This document shows, piece after piece, positions 58,385 through 64,000 of a stretch of DNA of 64,000 nucleotides. The position numbers and the translations under genes are program-made. Under the pieces are notes generated by a model. The model did no database searches. It saw nothing but the letters and a program-made list of their open reading frames with translations, and was not told the origin of the DNA. The first letter of the stretch is position 1. Each line of letters begins with the position of its first letter. The stretch lies in IMG/VR virus record IMGVR_UViG_3300048597_000634, positions 62,001 through 126,000 of that record. The stretch is one strand, 5' to 3'.

Positions 58385-59260
58385 CTACAGGTTTTGTGAA
58401 CGGTATGGTGCGGGAGAGCCGTATATGTTCATATGGGCTTGGTTGCTTTCTTGGTCCAGCCACGTGTTGAACCGGTCAGGGTATTGCCCACGCCCTAATA
58501 GGTTTACTTGGTCATTGGCGTCAGCATCCCAATAGGGTAATTCCCTAAAGGTGGTTGACCACCAGTCTGGTTTAACGGTGAGTGTCTGGTCGAAGTGGTT
58601 AGTCATTGCTCGTAGAGGTCCATCGACTATGGACGACTGAAGGTCTAATAGTCGCACGCTGGGTAGTAGGTCATAGACGTTCTCTAGGATGAATAACTCT
58701 TCATTAGGTACGCCGTGTTGCCATAGGATGCGCCCTGCTTCTACGTTTAATACCCCGCGGTTTTTTGAAAGCTCTAGGTGGGGATATATCTTGTCATAGT
58801 GAGAGTCAATCATCCAATGTCTACGCATAGCAGAGACAGCGGCTAAAACAGAACACTGCACGCAACCTTCTTCCTTTACCTGGATAGACCGTAGGTGTCG
58901 GTCTTGAAGGTTTATATAAGGGGTTGTGCAAACCTTAACCACCGTGTTCTCAGCTAATAGGTTATGGTTTTGAATGAATTGGTAGGCTAATAACCGAAGC
59001 TTTCTACGGATTAGGTCGGTAGCATCTTTAAAGTTAGCGTTTAGTTCCCTAGGGGTGATGACGCTCAGTATGACGTCTGGGGTATGGTTTTCTACTAAGT
59101 CTTCTACTGTCTGGTTTTTATAGCACTCTTGGTAGGTAGCGCAGCATTTCCTGATGGTTGGGTCTAGTGACTTAGGCAAGTCCATACCCACGCTACACCA
59201 GATAGGGGCGGCGAAGTAATTGTTAGCCCAATGTACGTGGCAGTAGATGTAGTTCAGCAT
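58385..59260 (-). CDS. Hypothetical protein, possibly degenerate DnaQ/exonuclease-like fold
   Basis: Coupled to the primase gene; weak pattern similarity only and no DEDD residues. Confidence 0.3.
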   Translation of the reverse strand: MLNYIYCHVHWANNYFAAPIWCSVGMDLPKSLDPTIRKCCATYQECYKNQTVEDLVENHTPDVILSVITPRELNANFKDATDLIRRKLRLLAYQFIQNHNLLAENTVVKVCTTPYINLQDRHLRSIQVKEEGCVQCSVLAAVSAMRRHWMIDSHYDKIYPHLELSKNRGVLNVEAGRILWQHGVPNEELFILENVYDLLPSVRLLDLQSSIVDGPLRAMTNHFDQTLTVKPDWWSTTFRELPYWDADANDQVNLLGRGQYPDRFNTWLDQESNQAHMNIYGSPAPYRSQNL

Positions 59261-60462
59261 AGTGGTAAGTCTGCTATGTACCGTGCCCAGTCTCCACGGT
59301 AGGGTTCTGTTTGCTCTACGTATTGTTTTAGTAGTGACGCCGCCGAAGCGTCGAAGTTATTACCTTTTAGTAGTTTCCATAAATCCCCATGCTGTTTAGG
59401 AGTAGAGCCACCGGGTAGTTGTAATACCAGGTCTACTGCCATAGCGGTGAGGGTTACGGAATTATTAGCTAAGTACCGTTTAAACTCTGTTAAGTCCCAG
59501 TCGATGGCGAGCATAAAGTCATTAATGTCTTTGACACCTGACCAATTGGGAACCATACAGCAGAAGATTTTGGTATTGGGTAGTGCCCCGGCTAATTCTA
59601 CAAGGTTAGGGAGCATCCTTGACCAGCTTTTATATTGCCCAGCCTGTTCAGACCCTAGCGGGTATTTATCCCGGTCTAAAACTATAACCATATGACTCAA
59701 ATCCTTTAACGCCCAAGCATGATGGACCAGCGGGATGTTAACTCCAAAGCAGGATACTACCGGTTCGCCTAGTGCTTTGAGGCAAATACCGTCTGTTACG
59801 CCTTCGCAGAGGATGACGTAGTCTTGTTGTTGATATTTGACTTGGTCTAGACCCCATAGATAGTTGTTAATAGCCGGCGTGCCTTTGGAGTGCATCCAGC
59901 GTATATCCTGGGTTGGGTTGTTAGCTCTGCCTGTTAGGTGAGTGATGCTACCGTTAAGGGCTCGTACAGCGGCTATGTACCGGTCTTGGAAGTAGTGGTA
60001 TAGTTCGTGGTCTTGTAACTGATTAGGGTGCCAATAGTTAAAGTAGTCCGTGAGATTATGTTGATTAACTAGTGCTTCGGGAATGCCCCGGGTGTTTACT
60101 AGCCATTCAACTACTTGTCTGGAGTTGTGTTTAGATAATGTAGACCACAGAGAATCTAGTGGTGATGGCCCAGCGTTTGCCTTAGTGACTTGGATGTTAA
60201 ATGTTTCAGCCAGCCAATGGAGCGATGATTTAAAGTCATGGGCGCGCCCTGCTTTGACTACGAGGTCGAATACTGAGCCTTGGGCATCGCAGCGATAGCA
60301 CCTGAAGTATTGGTCTCTGGTGGTTTTAAACCCGGTGGAAGAGCCACACCAAGGGCAAGGGTCGCGGCGGCCCCCACTGGGAGAGATATTTAATCCAAGG
60401 TGTTCAGCTGCTTGGCTCAGGCTTACCTGTTCCTTTATGGTTTGACTTAGGGTCGAGTTCAT
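59254..60462 (-). CDS. DNA primase (Zn-finger + TOPRIM)
   Basis: CPWC...CYRC..GSVFDLV, LCEGVTD, LDRD and KDIND motifs. Confidence 0.88.
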   Translation of the reverse strand: MNSTLSQTIKEQVSLSQAAEHLGLNISPSGGRRDPCPWCGSSTGFKTTRDQYFRCYRCDAQGSVFDLVVKAGRAHDFKSSLHWLAETFNIQVTKANAGPSPLDSLWSTLSKHNSRQVVEWLVNTRGIPEALVNQHNLTDYFNYWHPNQLQDHELYHYFQDRYIAAVRALNGSITHLTGRANNPTQDIRWMHSKGTPAINNYLWGLDQVKYQQQDYVILCEGVTDGICLKALGEPVVSCFGVNIPLVHHAWALKDLSHMVIVLDRDKYPLGSEQAGQYKSWSRMLPNLVELAGALPNTKIFCCMVPNWSGVKDINDFMLAIDWDLTEFKRYLANNSVTLTAMAVDLVLQLPGGSTPKQHGDLWKLLKGNNFDASAASLLKQYVEQTEPYRGDWARYIADLPLC

Positions 60463-60589
60463 TGTCAGTGGTGGGGCTTAGTTGTTTAATGTCTTCTAGG
60501 GATGACTCTTTAGGTAAACCTAGTTGAATGGCTAAACAAGGAATGACCCACGCTTGATATTCTTCCCTAAGTCGTTGGCTAAGCGGCAT
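60404..60589 (-). CDS. Small hypothetical protein
   Basis: Fills the gap between flanking genes, overlapping both. Confidence 0.35.
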   Translation of the reverse strand: MPLSQRLREEYQAWVIPCLAIQLGLPKESSLEDIKQLSPTTDNELDPKSNHKGTGKPEPSS

Positions 60590-60932
60590 TGGCTTCTATT
60601 AATAGATGTCTAGCGCTTGCCAGTTTAGCTTCTACATCGAACCATTCGTAATCATCGATTTTAGAAGCATAGCCCATGGGACCTAATAAGACTTGGCGGT
60701 GATTGATTTGAGATATATACCAACCAGCCGGCAAGATACCGTTTAGTCTTTCTTTAGTGGTGTTGGTTGGCCAACCAGCTAATGAGTACAATACCCTGCC
60801 GGTTTCTGGGTCTCGTTTAGCTATGCAATTGCCGTGGAGCCAGACCTTGAGCCCGTCTGTTTCTGTATTTGATTTACGCCAAGCCTCTTGTCTAAGCCAA
60901 GCTTGGCGGAGTTCTTTAGTGATTTTCCGCAT
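60579..60932 (-). CDS. Phage hypothetical protein
   Basis: MRKIT...SNT...LHGNCIA...GWPTNTTKERLNGIL resembles a recurrent phage family (from memory). Confidence 0.65.
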   Translation of the reverse strand: MRKITKELRQAWLRQEAWRKSNTETDGLKVWLHGNCIAKRDPETGRVLYSLAGWPTNTTKERLNGILPAGWYISQINHRQVLLGPMGYASKIDDYEWFDVEAKLASARHLLIEANAA

Positions 60933-60947
60933 GGGTTTCTGATGGTT

Positions 60948-61697
60948 TCAGCTTTTGATGTGCTTTTTACATAGCTCGAAGTAGTGTTCTCTTTCTGCTA
61001 AACCGTTAAGACCGCCGTTGATAATGCGGGTAATGATTTTAACGGTGGCGCCGCGGTCGGCGGTATTGTTCAGCTTATTTTGTTGCCAGAACCAACCGGC
61101 GGAGCAGAAGGGGTATTTAGCCGCGGTGTAAGAGGCGCCTTGTACGATTACTTGAGCATCGCCTATGTCGTTAGCGAAGCGTTGGTAATTATAGCGACCT
61201 GTCAGCATTAGACCGCCGCTGCCTTTGAACTTAGGTCCATCGCCAGGGCGATTATTACCAAGGTTTTGTCTACCCTCGTAGGCTTCTCCAGAGGCTAATT
61301 CAAGCCACCATTGACCGCCGCCGGTTTCATGAGCTACTTGAGACAGAAAATGCCAGGCGCGGGGTCCTGGCACGATGTCATACTTCTTAAGGCAGCGGTT
61401 AAGGTCTTCGAGTTGAGTAACGGTTAACTGTCTGCCGAAGATATTGGTTATCTGGTCATTGGTTACCCATAGTGTTTTTTCTTTAGCGTTGTTGTAGTGG
61501 TGTTCTAGGTTAGCCAGGGATTCATCGGCGTATTTATCGAGGTTAACCTCATGGGCTAGTCGTTTGAATTGAGCCCAGGCAGCGTGGGTTTTGGGACCTG
61601 GGTCACCGTCTATGGGACCTGGGTCGATGCCGATGGTTTTGAGCTTTTGTTGGATAGAGCGGATGAGGTTAGTGTCTGCGGCGGTTAGTGGTTGCAT
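60948..61697 (-). CDS. Endolysin: peptidoglycan-binding domain + GH19 catalytic domain
   Basis: PGPIDGDPGPKT..A..QF, FLSQVAHETGG, YEGR.NLGN...GDG.KFKG.G..LTGRYNY and TRIINGGLNGL.ER motifs. Confidence 0.92.
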   Translation of the reverse strand: MQPLTAADTNLIRSIQQKLKTIGIDPGPIDGDPGPKTHAAWAQFKRLAHEVNLDKYADESLANLEHHYNNAKEKTLWVTNDQITNIFGRQLTVTQLEDLNRCLKKYDIVPGPRAWHFLSQVAHETGGGQWWLELASGEAYEGRQNLGNNRPGDGPKFKGSGGLMLTGRYNYQRFANDIGDAQVIVQGASYTAAKYPFCSAGWFWQQNKLNNTADRGATVKIITRIINGGLNGLAEREHYFELCKKHIKS

Positions 61698-61699
61698 GA

Positions 61700-62374
61700 C
61701 TATGTGTTATAGCGAAGATGTGGGTTCTTTTCGTGTAGGCACTTGAAGATCCAAGAAGTCATCCAATTAGGCATGTGGGTGCGGACTAAGGTGTTGTATA
61801 GCTTTTTAACCGGCAGACCTTTTTGGATGATACCTAGAGCCAGCTTAACTTCATGGCCGCTACGAGAGAGACTAACTGCCGCCAAGGTTTGTTGGAGAAT
61901 GTTAGCGAGGAAGTGGATTGGATTGGTAATTGTTTCGCCTTGTTTGTTAAAGGGCGTGGGCTCTTCTGACTTAGGTCGTCCTATCAATGGAGTATTGGTG
62001 GCAGAGCTTACTATGATGTGGTCTTGTTTGCTGAGGTAAGTTAGGTTTTCTGGGCGATTATCATCAGTAACACCATTGATGTGATGTACTTCGACGACGC
62101 CTTCTTCAGCCTTGAAACCATTTGAGAGAGCTTTATACCCACCGCAGGCGTAGAAAGCGACTATTTGGGAGACGCCGACTATTTCACCGTTGTTCGTGGT
62201 GTGAAAATCAAAGAAACCTGAGCGGGTTAAGGTGCGAAAGACCGACTTATTATCTGCACGTTTAGCGAAGAGTCTGCCAGACTTTTTGCACTTGATGGTT
62301 TTAATGACATTGAGAATGGCGCCTAATCGGAGTTTAGCCCGTTCGGCGCCCATGCTAGCATTCTTATTACTCAT
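61700..62374 (-). CDS. HNH endonuclease with long C-terminal extension
   Basis: EVHHINGVTDDNRPENLTYLSKQDH motif. ATG 62374 preferred; the track GTG 62431 lies in the structured RNA. Confidence 0.85.
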   Translation of the reverse strand: MSNKNASMGAERAKLRLGAILNVIKTIKCKKSGRLFAKRADNKSVFRTLTRSGFFDFHTTNNGEIVGVSQIVAFYACGGYKALSNGFKAEEGVVEVHHINGVTDDNRPENLTYLSKQDHIIVSSATNTPLIGRPKSEEPTPFNKQGETITNPIHFLANILQQTLAAVSLSRSGHEVKLALGIIQKGLPVKKLYNTLVRTHMPNWMTSWIFKCLHEKNPHLRYNT

Positions 62375-62662
62375 AGGCTTAGGGATGAATGGTAGACACA
62401 CTGATCCTATCGAACACTCAGATAGAACCACGGTTTAAACATTCAGCCCCTACGGCTTTTTATGCACAGATCTTGGGGTGCGCCGGCCTATCATCCCTTG
62501 TCTCTAGGATCAGTTCCGATGCTATCTGTCCCGGCGAATTAAGCCCGTAGGCCTACCCTCTTCCGTATGCTGATTAATGGAAGGTCCCACGCCCGGACAC
62601 ATAGGGTTGTGGTATCGACATCCGGCCCATGTCCCCAAGAGGATGGTGTCCGGCTTGCCGAT
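62375..62662 (-). ncRNA. Putative large structured ncRNA / 5' leader upstream of HNH (family not recognised)
   Basis: GC-rich gap in an otherwise densely coding region, with at least 7 complementary segment pairs including crossing ones. An extended -10 lies immediately upstream. Confidence 0.65.
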
Positions 62663-62669
62663 AAAAATA

Positions 62670-62678
62670 ATCATATCA
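62670..62678 (-). promoter_or_regulatory. Extended -10 promoter (TGnTATGAT)
   Basis: TGATATGAT on the minus strand, 7 nt before the first hairpin ATCGGCAAGCCGG. Confidence 0.55.
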
Positions 62679-63185
62679 CAGCTTACCTAATCTTTCTAAA
62701 CAATCTCTACAAACGCCGCAATGGCGGCAGTCTACTTTGCTGGATAGTATTTGTAAGTCATTATTAGAGCCGAGGTCAACCGTTACAAGACTACCGGAGA
62801 AGCCACGTTCAATCTCTTTATAGCGGGACGCTATAGTTAGTCTTTTATTCTCTATTAAGGCTTTTTTCCTAGCTTCTTTCTGCTCTAGAGACTCTAAGCG
62901 TAGTCGAACGCCTTTCGTCGGTAAAGCTATGAGGTTGACAGTGGTTGGGAGAACATGTTTGAGATAGTTAAAAACCTGCGGTATTTCTTTAACACGGAAC
63001 ATATACGCAGATCTGGGGCTTTGTACGAAGCGATAGTTGTTTAAGCCGGGCTCTTTTGCTACCCACTGGCTCCGTTTGTTAATCCAGTCAACTCTAATAT
63101 AGCGGGTAGATACTATGTGTGGTCCTGGTTTGTGCACCTTCTCACGAGGTCGTCGCTCTCTCTTAGGTTTAGTTTTTCTCGCCAT
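62676..63185 (-). CDS. Highly basic protein with C-terminal CxxCxxCxxC cluster
   Basis: MARKTKPKRERRPREK N-terminus; CRHCGVCRDC near the C-terminus. Confidence 0.6.
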   Translation of the reverse strand: MARKTKPKRERRPREKVHKPGPHIVSTRYIRVDWINKRSQWVAKEPGLNNYRFVQSPRSAYMFRVKEIPQVFNYLKHVLPTTVNLIALPTKGVRLRLESLEQKEARKKALIENKRLTIASRYKEIERGFSGSLVTVDLGSNNDLQILSSKVDCRHCGVCRDCLERLGKL

Positions 63186-63715
63186 TAAACTCCTCGAATA
63201 ATATCCACAAATTCAGCAGGTAAGTCACAATTAACTGCCAGGTCTGCCCATTCATCTCTATGTGCTTGAGTAACGCCGGCTAGTTGACAGTACAACGGGA
63301 ATATCTGGCTAAAGTTATCTAGCCCATGGGTAGTAATCATCAGATATGCCAGGTCTAGCTTGCCCGCCAGCGTCGGGTTAATGGTAACTAATGCTAAATC
63401 ATAACTGACTTTAGCTGCGTTGGTAGTAAGGGCGGCGTTAAAGGATATCCAATTGGGGGTAGGGGGCGGTGTTGGTAGGGGTTCTGTGACCCAACCTAAG
63501 ACCCATACACCGTTGACCAAGTCAGGGTGGCTAGCTAGAAATAAGCGGTGGGTTTCCGGGTTGTAAGTAGGTGGCTCAGCAGTGATTACTTCTGCCGCGT
63601 TGTAATCTTCTAAGTAGAAATCTTTTAAGTCGACTGGGAAACTGGTGTTTGGGTAGTCTTGCTGTAAGTCGTAAAGGGTGTAAGGATACTTTTCGTCAGA
63701 TAGTCTAATTAACAT
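63185..63715 (-). CDS. Putative tail fibre assembly/chaperone protein (paralog of 22958..23455)
   Basis: YPYT..DL..DYPNTSFP motif; shared P.W..FN.A...EWA..A....LPA.FV.I.RG C-terminus. Confidence 0.6.
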   Translation of the reverse strand: MLIRLSDEKYPYTLYDLQQDYPNTSFPVDLKDFYLEDYNAAEVITAEPPTYNPETHRLFLASHPDLVNGVWVLGWVTEPLPTPPPTPNWISFNAALTTNAAKVSYDLALVTINPTLAGKLDLAYLMITTHGLDNFSQIFPLYCQLAGVTQAHRDEWADLAVNCDLPAEFVDIIRGV

Positions 63716-63717
63716 TT

Positions 63718-64000
63718 TTAAACATCCCCTGTGTTAGTAGACGGGAAAGCGCGCCCTGCACCCCATATTATACGTACAGCACCAGCACCACCAGTACCTG
63801 TGTTTGAGTTAGCAACGCCAGCGCCACCACCATAGAATCCTCCATTTCTTACTTCTGCTTGATTAATTCCAGCAATAAGATTCGAACTTTTTCCTCCGTG
63901 CTGTCCCCCACTCCCACCAGATCCTCCATTAATAACTCCTGCAGAATTAGTGCTCCCGTTGTTGGAGCCATTACCTCCTACACCATTTTCTCCTTGTCCT
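63718..64000 (-). CDS. Partial Gly-rich tail fibre protein (3' end only; not in ORF track)
   Basis: Reads ...FYGGGAG...GTGGAGAVRIIWGAGRAFPSTNTGDV*, a common Gly-rich fibre C-terminus. Its stop is 2 nt before the chaperone ATG. Confidence 0.8.
   Translation of the reverse strand, partial: GQGENGVGGNGSNNGSTNSAGVINGGSGGSGGQHGGKSSNLIAGINQAEVRNGGFYGGGAGVANSNTGTGGAGAVRIIWGAGRAFPSTNTGDV

Noticed and set aside
62475-62482. CGCACCC in the ncRNA complementary to the tRNA fragment's 5' acceptor strand (trans-assembled tRNA)
   Set aside because: A 7-nt match is expected by chance in 64 kb, and the T-arm context is missing.
62375-62662. tmRNA, RNase P RNA or group I intron identity for the structured RNA
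   Set aside because: Only short resemblances (GGGGCTGAATG, GTCCGGGC, CTAGAGAC). No T-arm/CCA end, no GAGGAAAGTCC, and no interrupted host gene.
1-64000. Stop-codon reassignment
   Set aside because: Genes are long and tightly packed under the standard code, and all three stop codons end genes.

Overview
The whole window is a segment of a large, probably temperate, contractile-tailed phage. The integrase family points to a cyanobacterial host (inference). The + strand (1-45116) is a virion module: oversized tail sheath, tube, split hub-like and spike-like genes, gp25-like and J-like baseplate proteins, tail fibre/BspA-repeat adhesin cassette, terminase large subunit, and a 6114-aa tape-measure-like polyprotein. 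That polyprotein carries degenerate PLD, protein-kinase, muramidase, M15 and M23-like domains. The - strand (45113-64000) holds a tyrosine integrase and an attP-like region in which a 5' tRNA-Arg(UCU) fragment is followed by an HNH gene. It continues with class I RNR genes carrying three inteins (two at the twin ExxH metal-ligand motifs of NrdB), HU-like, Cas4/RecB-like, RuvC-like and primase genes, a GH19 endolysin, and a second fibre cassette. The best candidate for an undescribed system is a ~290-nt GC-rich, multi-stem/pseudoknotted non-coding region (62375-62662) with its own extended -10 promoter, directly upstream of an atypical HNH nuclease. The interrupted tRNA/attP/HNH locus is second. 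All calls are by eye from motifs and synteny; no searches or folding were run.
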